In this document: positions 47,216 to 58,009 of the stretch, piece by piece
Position numbering within the stretch: the first letter of the stretch is position 1
How the letters are laid out: each line of letters opens with the position of its first letter
Assembly (NCBI GenBank): GCA_018394315.1
Contig: CP074575.1
Location: 868,001 to 932,000, forward strand
Reading direction: 5' to 3'
DNA length: 64,000 nucleotides
DNA from: Mycoplasmatota bacterium
GTDB lineage: Bacteria; Bacillota_I; Bacilli_A; MAG-NZ
Made by a program: the position numbers and the translations under genes
The notes under the pieces: generated by a model
Databases searched by the model: none
The model's input: the letters and a program-made list of their open reading frames with translations, nothing else
Told to the model about the DNA's origin: nothing

Positions 47216-48080
47216 AAAAATAGTATATCCTGTAAAGCATTCTGAAGGTTGGTTCGGTGTTAGTTATAATATGAATATATATAGAGGATGTCATCATGGG
47301 TGTATCTATTGTGATTCTAGAAGTGATGTATATCAGATTAAGAATTTTGATGAAGTAAAAACTAAAAAGAATGTTAAACAAAAGTTAGAGTCTGAGTTAA
47401 TAACAAAAAAGAAAACAGGAATTATTGGGATGGGAGCAATGAGTGATCCATACAATAAATTTGAGTCAGAGTTAGGACTAACAAGAGAGTCACTAAAGTT
47501 AATTGATAAATATGGATTTGGTGTTAATATCGTTACAAAGAGTGATTTAATAGTTCGCGATTTAGATATCTTAAAAAGAATACAAAAACATTCCTCAGTT
47601 ATTGTTTGTATGACAATAACAACTTATGATGATGAACTTGCAAAAATTATCGAACCTGGAGCTCCAACAACCACAGCTAGATTTAAGGCTTTAGAAGAAC
47701 TTGTTAAATGCGATATATATTCAGGGATTACTTTGATGCCTATCTTACCTAAGATAAATGATAATACTGAGAATATAGAGAAAATAATTAAAAAAGCAGG
47801 CGAGATAGGGGCTGAATTTATTTCTCCTTTCTATGGACTTACTCTTAGAAAAGGACAAAGAGAATACTTTTATGATAAATTAAATAGATATTTCATTGGT
47901 GCAACAGATTTTTATCAAAAACAATTTGGTAGTGATTATTCATGTCACTCTACAAATAATAAGCAGTTGTATGAACTTACTGAGAAATTGTGTAATAAGT
48001 TTAGTATTAAATATAAAATGAAAGATATCATAGACAAGTCCAGAGACTATGTAATTGAGGGTCAAATATCATTATTTTAG
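47190..48080 (+). CDS. Radical SAM protein, SplB-like
   Basis: YRGCHHGCIYCD (CxxxCxxC), MSDPY, TKSDL..RD, IEPGA; ends QISLF. Confidence 0.9.
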   Translation: MKVNYIDAKKIVYPVKHSEGWFGVSYNMNIYRGCHHGCIYCDSRSDVYQIKNFDEVKTKKNVKQKLESELITKKKTGIIGMGAMSDPYNKFESELGLTRESLKLIDKYGFGVNIVTKSDLIVRDLDILKRIQKHSSVIVCMTITTYDDELAKIIEPGAPTTTARFKALEELVKCDIYSGITLMPILPKINDNTENIEKIIKKAGEIGAEFISPFYGLTLRKGQREYFYDKLNRYFIGATDFYQKQFGSDYSCHSTNNKQLYELTEKLCNKFSIKYKMKDIIDKSRDYVIEGQISLF

Positions 48081-48230
48081 TATTTTATAAATATCAAAGG
48101 GATCTATTTGATTCCTTTATTTTATGATTGTACTAATATATCAAAAGAGTTATAATTAAGGAGTATTAGTGGAAAAATATACCAAGACATGCTAAGAATG
48201 ATAACTAATAATAAATATTGGAGGGGAAAA

Positions 48231-49130
48231 ATGCTAAGAGTAGATAATGTTACAAAACGCTACGGTGAGCTCGTAGCTGTAAACAAACTATCTTTTGAGG
48301 TAAAGAAAGGAGAAATATTTGGATTACTTGGATTAAATGGGGCTGGAAAGACTACAACTTTTAGAATGATTTTAAACTTATTTACACCAGATGAAGGTCA
48401 TGTTTATTTAAATGATGATGTGATTGGATATGAACACTCGAATGAAATTGGATTTTTATCTGAAGAACGTTCATTGCTTGTTAAAATGACTGTGCTAGAT
48501 CAACTTACTTATTATGGTAAATTAAAAAGTCTTCCGACTGAGGAACTGTTAAAGTCTATCGATTATTGGTTGAATAGATTTAATATCACAAAATATAAGA
48601 ATAAGAAAATTAAGGAGTTGTCGAAAGGAAATCAACAAAAGATTCAATTTATATCCGCAATAATACATAATCCTAAGCTATTAATATTGGATGAGCCTTT
48701 TAATGGGTTAGATCCTATAAACGTAGAATTGTTTAAAGAAGTAATTTTAGAATTCAAGTCAAAGGGTGCAACTATTATATTTTCATCTCACAGAATGGAA
48801 CACGTAGAAATGTTTTGTGAGAAACTAGTGATTTTAGTTGATGGAGAAAGTATCCTTTCTGGTTATATAAGGGATATTAAGAATTCTTTCAGTCAACAAA
48901 ATATTTTCATTAAAGGTGATATTATCCCAGAGGATGTATCGAAAATTGAAGGTGTAATTAAGGTAATAAATCATACTGATAGATTTGAGGTTAAAATTAA
49001 GAATAAAAATCATGTTAAAGACGTTTTCAATTATACTTCAAAGTGTGACAATGTTAGCTTGTTTGAAGTTGAATTGCCATCACTAAATGAGATATTTGTC
49101 AGTAAAGTAGGTGTGAATTATGAAAAATAA
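48231..49130 (+). CDS. ABC exporter ATP-binding protein (NatA/YhaQ-like)
   Basis: GLNGAGKTT, LSKGNQQKIQ, LDEPF, SSHRM, PSLNEIF. Confidence 0.92.
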   Translation: MLRVDNVTKRYGELVAVNKLSFEVKKGEIFGLLGLNGAGKTTTFRMILNLFTPDEGHVYLNDDVIGYEHSNEIGFLSEERSLLVKMTVLDQLTYYGKLKSLPTEELLKSIDYWLNRFNITKYKNKKIKELSKGNQQKIQFISAIIHNPKLLILDEPFNGLDPINVELFKEVILEFKSKGATIIFSSHRMEHVEMFCEKLVILVDGESILSGYIRDIKNSFSQQNIFIKGDIIPEDVSKIEGVIKVINHTDRFEVKIKNKNHVKDVFNYTSKCDNVSLFEVELPSLNEIFVSKVGVNYEK

Positions 49131-50406
49131 ATTTAAATTTCTAGTAGGTTTTAGTTTAAGACGAAAGATAGAGAGAAAATCTTTTTTAATTTCTAATATC
49201 GTCTTACTTATCTTGGTGATTTTGATCTCTAATCTAGATACGGTAATAACGAGCTTTGGCGGAGACTTTGACGATGTATATACAATATATTATGAAGATG
49301 ATTTGGAAGAAAATTATTTTGATATGTTTTCTTTAGCAGTCAAGAATGGTCCATTCCAAGGTAAAAATGACCTTATTGTTATAAATGAGTCATATACCTT
49401 AGATGCTGATGACAAGAATGTTATTGTTGTTAAAGTTAATGAAGGAGAAGAAATCACAGCTAAAATTTCTTCAAATGATCTTGTCTCTACAACTCTATAT
49501 TCATCTATATATTCAACACTTAATGGAATAAAAATGGATGCAACAGCTACTAAACTAAATATTAACCAAGAAGACATTTCAAAACTGTTAAAACAAATTA
49601 GCATTGAACGAGAAGTCTTTAACGATGAAGGAAAGAATGAAGAATCAGAAGCATTGCTAGGCGGATTATCATTTATAGTTATAATGCCGTTCTTTTTTGG
49701 GATTATTATGATTGTACAAATGATTGGATTAGAGATATTTGATGAAAAATCAACTAAAAGCATGGAAGTTATTATGTCTAGTGTTGAGCCTAAAGTTCAC
49801 TTATTATCTAAACTAGCAGCTGTAAATGTCTTTGCGATAATCCAATTTGTCTTGCTAGTATTGTATGGTGTAATTGGAGTGTTAATAAGATCATTCTTTG
49901 CTAAAATGTCATTTGGTAACGCTTCATTACCATTTGATATTAATTTATCTAGTTACTCTGACAGAATTGTTGGAGTTATTATAATTATTACTATATTATT
50001 TCTATTGACTAATTTACTTTATTCCTTATGTATGGCTATTTTAGCATCAACTGCAAATGAGATGGATGACTATCAAAAAATCATTTCACCAATTATGATT
50101 TTAATGGTGTTAGGATTCTATACTGCTATTTTCTCACCATTATTTGATGGAGCAGTATTTGCGAAGATTATGAGTCATATTCCATTTTTTACACTGATGA
50201 TTGCTCCTGGGTTATTTATAAGTGGAGATATTAGTGTTCTTGAAATTATTATAATAGTTCTAATTCACGTAGTGACTTTGATTGCTATATATTCTATCGG
50301 AATACCTGCTTATAAGCAGTCGGTTTTAGACTATTCGAATGATGGAGTGTTCAAGAGATTTATAAAAAATGTAAGAAGTTCAAGAAAAATAAAGTTAAAT
50401 AAATAA
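49120..50406 (+). CDS. ABC-2 permease (NatB/YhaP-like)
   Basis: EKSTKSMEVIMSSV, SHIPFF, 1+5 TM topology. Confidence 0.88.
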   Translation: MKNKFKFLVGFSLRRKIERKSFLISNIVLLILVILISNLDTVITSFGGDFDDVYTIYYEDDLEENYFDMFSLAVKNGPFQGKNDLIVINESYTLDADDKNVIVVKVNEGEEITAKISSNDLVSTTLYSSIYSTLNGIKMDATATKLNINQEDISKLLKQISIEREVFNDEGKNEESEALLGGLSFIVIMPFFFGIIMIVQMIGLEIFDEKSTKSMEVIMSSVEPKVHLLSKLAAVNVFAIIQFVLLVLYGVIGVLIRSFFAKMSFGNASLPFDINLSSYSDRIVGVIIIITILFLLTNLLYSLCMAILASTANEMDDYQKIISPIMILMVLGFYTAIFSPLFDGAVFAKIMSHIPFFTLMIAPGLFISGDISVLEIIIIVLIHVVTLIAIYSIGIPAYKQSVLDYSNDGVFKRFIKNVRSSRKIKLNK

Positions 50407-50436
50407 TACATTTATTTAGATTAAATGGAGGTTGTT

Positions 50437-51864
50437 TTGAAAGCAGAACTATCAAGTTATTTAAGTAAGCATAGAGAGCTTGCCAAAGGATTAGTTGATA
50501 CCCTTTTAAAAACATATGAATATGTCTCGATACTTGGTGTAGATACAAAAGGTAAAACATATGCAGTTTCTAGAAAGGGTAGTTCAATTAATGATTCAAT
50601 GTGGAGTGAAAGAGGTTATGTATTAAGGGTATTTAATGGAATTAATTACTCAGAGTATTCTTTTAATGAGTTTCAAGAGAAAGATATAAGATCAATCATT
50701 GATGAGGTTAAGGAAATTGTTGAAGGTGACGTTAAGAGGCTTAAAGGTCAAAATGTAAAATTTAGTGATTATCCTTTAATTGAAGAATCATTAATTAAAG
50801 ATTCTTTGATAAAGGAAGTAAAAGTTTTACCAAGTACTGTAAGTGCAAAGACAAAAATCGAAAAGATCACGCAAATAATGAATGATGGTCTTAAACTATC
50901 AGATCAATTGATTGATTTTAGAGTTGTATACGAAGAAGTGCATATATCTAAAATCTTTTACTCAGCGAAGAAGGATTTAAGTCAATCAATTGTTTATACA
51001 ACAGCTGCTATGGTTCCAATTGTTAAGAAGGATAATGATATTAAATATTCATTCAAAAGTTATTCAGGTTTAAAAGGATTTGAATTACTTGAGGATCTTG
51101 ACGGATTAGAGAAATTAGTTGAAGATACTATCAAACTATTAGATGCAGAAAGAGTAGTTCCAGGTGAATATGAAATTATTTGTAATCCTGCAGTTGCAGG
51201 ACTAATAGCACACGAAGCTTTTGGTCATGGTGTTGAAATGGATATGTTCGTCAAGAATCGCGCAAAAGGTGTAGAGTTTTTAGGAAAACCAATCGCGGGC
51301 AAGAAGGTTAGCATGAAGGATGGAGCATTAAGTGCCGAAGAAGTGGGAACATATTTATTTGATGATGAAGGAACATTAGGAACAGATACCACAGTTATCA
51401 ATGAAAGTGTTTTAGAATCAGGAATAAGCGATTTATTAAGCGCAATGAAATTAGGTACTAAACCAACAGGTAATGGTCGAAGAGAGTCATTTGAAAAAAA
51501 GGTATACGCAAGGATGACAAATACTTTCTTTGTACCAGGAAATGATGAATTGGAAGATATGATTGCTTCAATAAAAAAAGGGTATTTACTTGAAGATTAT
51601 AATTCAGGAATGGAGGACCCAAAAAATTGGGGAATCCAGTGCATGATTGCAATGGGTAGAGAAATAATCGATGGAAAACTAACTGGAAAAATTATAGCAC
51701 CAGTACTGATGACTGGCTATGTGCCTGACTTACTGAAAAGTATTTCAATGGTTTCAGATGGTTTAGAGCTCTCTGGGAGTGGAGCTTGTGGTAAAGGTTA
51801 TAAGGAATATGTTAAGACCTCTACTGGTGGTACATACATAAAAGCAGTAGGGAGGCTAGGATAA
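50437..51864 (+). CDS. tldD: TldD metalloprotease
   Basis: HEAFGH zinc motif, DDEG, TGNGRRES, ARMTNT, CGK. SD GGAGG before TTG 50437. Confidence 0.9.
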   Translation: MKAELSSYLSKHRELAKGLVDTLLKTYEYVSILGVDTKGKTYAVSRKGSSINDSMWSERGYVLRVFNGINYSEYSFNEFQEKDIRSIIDEVKEIVEGDVKRLKGQNVKFSDYPLIEESLIKDSLIKEVKVLPSTVSAKTKIEKITQIMNDGLKLSDQLIDFRVVYEEVHISKIFYSAKKDLSQSIVYTTAAMVPIVKKDNDIKYSFKSYSGLKGFELLEDLDGLEKLVEDTIKLLDAERVVPGEYEIICNPAVAGLIAHEAFGHGVEMDMFVKNRAKGVEFLGKPIAGKKVSMKDGALSAEEVGTYLFDDEGTLGTDTTVINESVLESGISDLLSAMKLGTKPTGNGRRESFEKKVYARMTNTFFVPGNDELEDMIASIKKGYLLEDYNSGMEDPKNWGIQCMIAMGREIIDGKLTGKIIAPVLMTGYVPDLLKSISMVSDGLELSGSGACGKGYKEYVKTSTGGTYIKAVGRLG

Positions 51865-53162
51865 TGATTAGTCGTATTGTTAGTATTTTGAAGTCAGTAA
51901 AGAATGATGGATGGTTAATAAATGATACTTTAACCGAATCAATTGAATTATTTTTTGTAAAAAAAGACTTGGATATGAATCGTGGTAAGAAAGTACACCA
52001 CATTAACGTAACAGTTTATGTTGACTTCTTGGAGGATGGAACTAAGTATAAAGGGTCATCAACAACAAATATTTCTCCTACAATGAGCGAAGAAGAAATT
52101 AAAGACTCTCTTGAAGTAGCATCTTTAGCAGCTGGTTATGTGAAAAACGAATATTATGATCTAGTATCTCCTAGTAATGAAGAATTGATTTACCCATCTA
52201 GTAATTTTTCTAAAGGGGAAATGAGAGATTATATTCCAGGTTTGGTAGAATCAGTATACAAAGTAGATAACTTTGTGAATGGTAAAGTTAATTCTGCTGA
52301 GTTTTTCATTAATAAAAGTGATATTAGAATTATGAACTCACTAGGAGTTGATATTGCCTATACAAAATTTACAGGAATGATTGAATTAATAACTGATTGG
52401 AAGGAAGATATTGAAGAAGTTGAATTGTATCAAATGATTAACTTTTCAGAGTATAATTCGGAAGATATTTCAAGAAGTGTTGAAAATGTGCTTAATGAGA
52501 CTAAACAAAGAGCTCTTGCTAAGCCATTACCTGAATTAAAAGATGTCCCGGTTTTATTAAGTAAAGGGGCTATAAAAGAGTTATTTGATTATTATAAAGT
52601 AAGAGCAGATGCTAAACCTAAGTATGAAGGATTCTTTAATTATGAAATCGGAGCTAATATTCAAGGAGATGTTAAAGGTGATAAGGTAAACATAACAGTT
52701 CTTCCTAATCTTGTTAATTCAACTAAGTCCTCTCCATGTGATTCTAATGGTTTCGTCTTAAAAGAGGTCGAGATTATAAAAGATGGTTTGTTGAATAATT
52801 ATATTGGAGATAAACGATATTCTAATTATGTTGGAGTGAAACCGACAGGAGTAATTGGTAATACAAAAGTTGCGGTAGGAAGTACTCCTGAGAGTATACT
52901 AAAGAAAGATCCTTATCTAGAATTAGTAGCATTTTCTGACTTTCAAGTTAATCCTATAACTGGAAATTTTGGTGGCGAAATCAGGCTAGCTAGGTATTTT
53001 GACGGAGAAAGTGTAACTCCTTATTATGGTGGTTCTATAACTGGAAATGTTACTAGTATACAGGAAGATATGATATTTTCTAAAGAAGACCAACAAATCA
53101 ATAATTTTTTAGGACCCAAGTATGTTAAGATTAAGAATTTCTCCTTAACCCCGTCTGAATAA
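51864..53162 (+). CDS. TldE/PmbA family protein
   Basis: Coupled to tldD (TAATG), lacks HExxxH; TGNFGGEIRL and GGSITGN. Confidence 0.85.
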   Translation: MISRIVSILKSVKNDGWLINDTLTESIELFFVKKDLDMNRGKKVHHINVTVYVDFLEDGTKYKGSSTTNISPTMSEEEIKDSLEVASLAAGYVKNEYYDLVSPSNEELIYPSSNFSKGEMRDYIPGLVESVYKVDNFVNGKVNSAEFFINKSDIRIMNSLGVDIAYTKFTGMIELITDWKEDIEEVELYQMINFSEYNSEDISRSVENVLNETKQRALAKPLPELKDVPVLLSKGAIKELFDYYKVRADAKPKYEGFFNYEIGANIQGDVKGDKVNITVLPNLVNSTKSSPCDSNGFVLKEVEIIKDGLLNNYIGDKRYSNYVGVKPTGVIGNTKVAVGSTPESILKKDPYLELVAFSDFQVNPITGNFGGEIRLARYFDGESVTPYYGGSITGNVTSIQEDMIFSKEDQQINNFLGPKYVKIKNFSLTPSE

Positions 53163-53190
53163 AAAAAATGAGATTAATTGAGTGTATTAA

Positions 53191-53226
53191 TTGAAAACGA
53201 CGCTATTTATGTTATAATAGCATCGT
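53191..53226 (+). promoter_or_regulatory. Promoter overlapped by an inverted repeat (candidate MarR operator)
   Basis: TTGAAA-16-TATAAT overlapping ACGACGCTATT...AATAGCATCGT. Confidence 0.55.
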
Positions 53227-53247
53227 CATTAGGAAGAGGTGAAGTAG

Positions 53248-53658
53248 ATGGACAATAATCTATTAAAAGATAAGATGTGTTTAACATTTCTTAATATGAA
53301 AAGATCGTTCGTAAATGAACTTAGAGAAGTAGGAATTAGTTATCAACAATGGAATGTTTTGAAAACTATTAATAGTGAGGAAGATTCCATCTCAGCGAAG
53401 CAATTAGTTGAGAGATTAGATTCTGATAAAGCTACAATTTCAGGAGTTCTTAAGAGATTAGTTACCGCTGGATATGTAATAGAAAAGAAGAATCCTCGTG
53501 ATAAACGTGAGAATCTATTATTCATCTCAAATAAATCTACGAAATTATGTGAGTCAATTAGTGTAATGGAAAAAAGATTTAATGATCGAATGTTCCACGA
53601 TTTCACAAGTGAAGATGCAGAAGTATTTGATTTACTCTTGGATAAAATAGAACTTTAA
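53248..53658 (+). CDS. MarR-family regulator
   Basis: ISYQQWNVL, DKATISGVLKRL..GYV, DKR wing. Confidence 0.9.
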   Translation: MDNNLLKDKMCLTFLNMKRSFVNELREVGISYQQWNVLKTINSEEDSISAKQLVERLDSDKATISGVLKRLVTAGYVIEKKNPRDKRENLLFISNKSTKLCESISVMEKRFNDRMFHDFTSEDAEVFDLLLDKIEL

Positions 53659-53741
53659 CCCGATAAGTGCAAAACAGTTGCAAAAATTATGAAAGTTCGT
53701 ATACTAACTAATATAAGATTATGATAATTGGAGATGAGAAG

Positions 53742-54041
53742 ATGAAAAGTGTTAGTATTTCAGAACTTAACAGAAGCTTGGAAAGTGCGAGTGTTATTGA
53801 TGTACGCGAGGACTATGAATATCAGTCTGGGAGAGTACCAGGTTCTAAAAACATACCGATAAGAGATTTAGCTTTTAATCATACTGAATATTTAGAAAAA
53901 GGAAAAGAGTATTATATTATTTGCCAATCAGGAAGTAGAAGTACTCAGCTTATTTCTTATTTAGATAAAGAAGGGTATGATTTGATTAATGTCTTAGGTG
54001 GAACTGGTATGTATGGATTGCAATATCCACTTGAAAGATAA
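53742..54041 (+). CDS. Rhodanese-like domain protein
   Basis: IDVRE..EY..G.VPGS.NIP, CQSGSRS. Confidence 0.9.
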   Translation: MKSVSISELNRSLESASVIDVREDYEYQSGRVPGSKNIPIRDLAFNHTEYLEKGKEYYIICQSGSRSTQLISYLDKEGYDLINVLGGTGMYGLQYPLER

Positions 54042-54115
54042 TTATTTATTATAAAATATGGAAGTTTTCCATATTTTTTTTTAATATGTTATAGTATAAG
54101 TCAAGGAGTGGTAAT

Positions 54116-54532
54116 GTGAAAGACTTGATCTTGAAGTATAAAGGTAGTGACTATGATTTAAGTTGTAGCGAGACTATTTTGTATGCTGCGAATGAAAAAT
54201 GGAATTTAGGTCTAGATGATTCCCACTTTAGGATGGTAGCCCCATTTAGTGGAGGGTTATTAACTGAAGATGTCTGTGGTATTGTTACTGCAAGTTTATC
54301 TGTATTAGGGATTTTGTTCACTGATGGCGTTGCTCATCAAAGTCCGGTTATGGCAGATGCTGCAAAAGAGTTCTTAGCATTGTTTATGGAAAAGTTATCC
54401 TCAATTAATTGTGGAAGTTTGAAAGAAAATTATCGTGATGATACACTTGGTTGTAGAGGAATTATTATCGAAGGTGGACTAACTCTTGAGGATATAGTTA
54501 AAAAATATCTTAAAATAAAAAAGTTCATATGA
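54116..54532 (+). CDS. C-GCAxxG-C-C family putative redox protein
   Basis: SCSE, PFSGG, VCG, INC, GC spacing. Confidence 0.8.
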   Translation: MKDLILKYKGSDYDLSCSETILYAANEKWNLGLDDSHFRMVAPFSGGLLTEDVCGIVTASLSVLGILFTDGVAHQSPVMADAAKEFLALFMEKLSSINCGSLKENYRDDTLGCRGIIIEGGLTLEDIVKKYLKIKKFI

Positions 54533-54536
54533 ACTT

Positions 54537-54977
54537 TTAAAATAAACGGCTAATATTTTTATTAAAATCAGTTTTGTATACCTCTTTATGGCATAAATAA
54601 ACTGTTTTTTTTCTTGTGATAAAAAGATTGTTTCTTATTGTGTTTTCATTAGGGCTTCTCATACCTTGAACCAATATAAGCTGAGCGTTTTGTAGGTTAT
54701 TCTCCTTTATGAATGTTCTTATGGTAGGTTGGACCTTACTTGCCCAAATTGGTGATACAATATATATCTGATCATAATTACTGAAATCAATTTCTTTGAT
54801 ATCATATTCTATTCTAGATTCTTTGAATGAGTGATATCCGCCTTTTATGAATCCTAAAAGTCCTCTCCAATTCATATTATCTTTTAACTCTAATACTTCA
54901 CTGTCTATAGTTTGACTTAGTATTTCGGATACCTTTTTACAGGTACCACTTCTAGTAAAATATAGTATTAAATTCAT
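54537..54977 (-). CDS. Flavodoxin-like protein
   Basis: LYFTRSGTC, YDQIYIVSPIWA. Confidence 0.8.
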   Translation of the reverse strand: MNLILYFTRSGTCKKVSEILSQTIDSEVLELKDNMNWRGLLGFIKGGYHSFKESRIEYDIKEIDFSNYDQIYIVSPIWASKVQPTIRTFIKENNLQNAQLILVQGMRSPNENTIRNNLFITRKKTVYLCHKEVYKTDFNKNISRLF

Positions 54978-55085
54978 TTCCTCACCTTCACTTTTCCCTA
55001 TTATACCAAAATCTTAAACAATCATCAAAATTGCTGTTATACTATGCTATACTAAATATATAGATTATCTTGAAAGGCAAAGTAT

Positions 55086-55541
55086 ATGAAAAAGAAAGAG
55101 AGTAGAGAAATAATAAATCGCTTATTTGTTGATGTATTTAATGATATTTTACAACTAGAGGAGAATTTCATCCATGATAAATTACATGATAGAGTCACAA
55201 TAACAGAAGTTCATGTAATGGAAAAAATTCAATTATCAGAAAAAAAATCAATGGGAAGCGTTGCTAAGCAATTAATGATTACTGAAGGAACTCTAACTAC
55301 ATCTATCAACCGCCTAGTTCAAAAAGGCTATATTGAAAAAAGAAGAGATGATAATGATAAACGAGTATATTTATTATCAATCACAAAAAGTGGCTTAGAA
55401 ATTTTAGATATTCATTCTAAGTTTCATGAAATGATGGTAGAGGAAGTCATTAATAATCCCTCTATTGGAGACAATTTAGTGCAATCATTAGTTCATTTAC
55501 AAGATTTTTTTAAAGGCTTAAAAAAGATATATGGGAAGTGA
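55086..55541 (+). CDS. MarR-family regulator (FabT-like)
   Basis: LFVDVFNDILQLEE, TITEVHV, TLTTSINRLVQKGY, DKRV, H.KFH..MV. Confidence 0.88.
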   Translation: MKKKESREIINRLFVDVFNDILQLEENFIHDKLHDRVTITEVHVMEKIQLSEKKSMGSVAKQLMITEGTLTTSINRLVQKGYIEKRRDDNDKRVYLLSITKSGLEILDIHSKFHEMMVEEVINNPSIGDNLVQSLVHLQDFFKGLKKIYGK

Positions 55542-55646
55542 TTCCTAGTATCTAAATAAGAAGAGAAGCGTTACCAGATAAAGAAAAATCATTTGGTTTT
55601 TCTTTTTCTATGATATAATACATTATTACATAATTTGAGGTGTATC

Positions 55647-56999
55647 ATGATGAAGAAATTTATAGGGGATAAAATATTTTATAAAAGAGTACTAGCAGTA
55701 GCTCTTCCAATTACATTACAGCAATTCGTAACTGCAGCAATCCAAATAGTAGACAATTTTATGGTAGGAAAACTAGGTGAATCAGCATTAGTATCAGTTG
55801 CTGCACCAAACCAATTGTACTTTGTTATGATTTTATTTATGTTTGGACTAACGGGTGGAGCCGGTATCTATTCTGCTCAATACTTCGGAAGCAAGGACTT
55901 TGATAAATTAAGACAGTCATTTAGGTTTAAATTACTGATTTCTTTAGTTATCTCTATATTAGCCTTTGCAATAATCTCAATTTTTGGTGAATCACTAATA
56001 AGGTTGTTTATTGATGAGGAAAATACAGTTCGATTATCAATGAGTTACTTGAGAATTGTTAAATTCAATATCTTGCCGATATTCTTATCGATATGTATAT
56101 CATCAACGTTTAGAGAGGTTGCAAAGCCTAAGTTGCCTATGATTGCGTCACTAACTGCGATATTTACTAATACTATATTGAATTATATATTAATATTCGG
56201 AAAGTTTGGTGCTCCTCAATTAGGAGTTGTGGGAGCAGCTTATGCTACCTTAATAGCTAGATATTTAGAGTTTATATTATTGGTTATTTTAGTTAAGTTA
56301 AAAGGAAAAGTTTTTAGTGTCAGTATATTCTCATTATTAAAAATTGAGTTTTTAGTATTTAAAAGTATTGTTATTGTAGCGTTACCTATGATGCTTAATG
56401 AGATATTGTGGTCTTTAGGACAAACAGCTTACTTCAAGGCTTATTCTACTAGAGGGGAAAATTCTTTAGCTGCTTTTACCATATCTAATTCTGTCTCACA
56501 ATTAGTGTTTATTGTGTTTGCAGGATTGAGCGGAGCAATTGCAGTAATGGTTGGTAATACTCTAGGTGCAAATAAATTAGAGGAAGCAAAATCAAACTCA
56601 GATAAATTAATTGCATTTAGTATGTTCTTTTCATTTATCATTGGAATGATTTTAGTTGGTACATCCTATTTCATTCCTGATTTATATGAAATACAAAGTC
56701 AAACTAAAGAAATTGTTGGATTCAATTTAAGAGTTAATGGATTCTTCATTCCGATTTTTGCAGCTAACGTAGGGATCTTTTTTGCATTGAGAGCAGGAGG
56801 GGATACAAAATCTACATTGATTATGGACGCTTTATTCATGTGGGTAGTATCAGTACCGCTCGCGTTACTTCTTGCTTATTTCACTAAAATTGATGTTAGG
56901 TACTTATATCTACTTATACAATCAACAGATTTACTTAAACTTGCTTTAGCAAGGTATAAATATAAACAAGGAAATTGGATTAAAAACTTAGCGGTTTAG
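55647..56999 (+). CDS. MATE family efflux transporter
   Basis: ALPITLQQ, DNFMVGKLG, LIFGKFGAPQLGVVGAAYATL, LRAGGDTK. Confidence 0.93.
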   Translation: MMKKFIGDKIFYKRVLAVALPITLQQFVTAAIQIVDNFMVGKLGESALVSVAAPNQLYFVMILFMFGLTGGAGIYSAQYFGSKDFDKLRQSFRFKLLISLVISILAFAIISIFGESLIRLFIDEENTVRLSMSYLRIVKFNILPIFLSICISSTFREVAKPKLPMIASLTAIFTNTILNYILIFGKFGAPQLGVVGAAYATLIARYLEFILLVILVKLKGKVFSVSIFSLLKIEFLVFKSIVIVALPMMLNEILWSLGQTAYFKAYSTRGENSLAAFTISNSVSQLVFIVFAGLSGAIAVMVGNTLGANKLEEAKSNSDKLIAFSMFFSFIIGMILVGTSYFIPDLYEIQSQTKEIVGFNLRVNGFFIPIFAANVGIFFALRAGGDTKSTLIMDALFMWVVSVPLALLLAYFTKIDVRYLYLLIQSTDLLKLALARYKYKQGNWIKNLAV

Positions 57000-57003
57000 T
57001 AAT

Positions 57004-57030
57004 GGAACTTCTTTGGAAGTTCCTTTATTT
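57004..57030 (+). terminator. Intrinsic terminator
   Basis: GGAACTTC-TTTG-GAAGTTCC followed by TTTATTT. Confidence 0.7.
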
Positions 57031-57146
57031 ATGAACCTATTTTGAATAGATATTCTTAATTATAGTAAAGTTTATATTTATTTATAGATTTCTTAATCTA
57101 TGTAGAAAATATAATGAAAATAAAAAAAATCTAAAGGAGTTAAGAA

Positions 57147-57878
57147 ATGATTAAAATTATTTTAGAAGGATTTATTTCTATAAAAGCCGCAATTAACGGC
57201 AATAATAGAGTTATAGAGAAAATATATATATCAAATAAGAAAAGAACAAGAAAAACTTCATTTATGAAGAAACTTGCATTAAAGAACGAGATTTCTTTTG
57301 AATTTGTATCACATGACAAAATCGATGAAATTGCTGAAGGAAAAACTCATGGAGGGTTTATCGCTTTTGTATCTGAACGAAGATTTAATAGCATAGAATC
57401 AATCTTAAGCAGCAACTCTTGTTTTTATGTTGATGGGATAGAGGATCCCTTTAATTTAGGAATTATTATACGTACACTATATTCAGCAGGAGTTAATAGT
57501 CTAATTATAAGAAAGCGTGACTTAGAATTGGGTTCTAGCAGAATCTCAAAATCATCTGCAGGTGCATTCGAAAAAATGGATATTGCTATGTGTGATGATC
57601 AAGTTGAAACTATTAATTTACTTAAGAAGAGTGGCTTTAAGATTTACGCTGCTGCTATAGAAGAAAAATCTGAAAGCTTGTTTAATGTAAAATTTAGCGA
57701 TAAGTCGTTGATAATTATTGGTGGAGAAAAAAGAGGTATTCAAAGTGAAGTGTTAAGCTTAGCTGATATGCTAGTTCATATACCTTACGGAAATGAGAAA
57801 TTCAGTTATTCTCTACCTGCAAGTGTTGCTAGCACTATATTTAGTTATGAAATTCTAAGACAAAGGCTGGAAAAGTAA
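57147..57878 (+). CDS. SpoU/TrmH family RNA methyltransferase (RlmB-like)
   Basis: DGIEDPFNLG.IIR, SSAGA, IIGGEKRG, IPY..SL.ASVA. Confidence 0.9.
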   Translation: MIKIILEGFISIKAAINGNNRVIEKIYISNKKRTRKTSFMKKLALKNEISFEFVSHDKIDEIAEGKTHGGFIAFVSERRFNSIESILSSNSCFYVDGIEDPFNLGIIIRTLYSAGVNSLIIRKRDLELGSSRISKSSAGAFEKMDIAMCDDQVETINLLKKSGFKIYAAAIEEKSESLFNVKFSDKSLIIIGGEKRGIQSEVLSLADMLVHIPYGNEKFSYSLPASVASTIFSYEILRQRLEK

Positions 57879-58009
57879 TATGGATATTAGCAAATTGAAA
57901 TTGGATAAGTTTAAAAATATTAGGATTGTTAATTTCTACTTTGATTTAGTAGAAGAAATCATTTTACCGAGTAAGAATAGAATTATAAAGAGTAACAAGA
58001 AAGGCAGAA

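Noticed and set aside
50437..53162. tldD/tldE as part of a RiPP cluster
   Set aside because: No precursor or YcaO/modification genes nearby; ordinary housekeeping pair.
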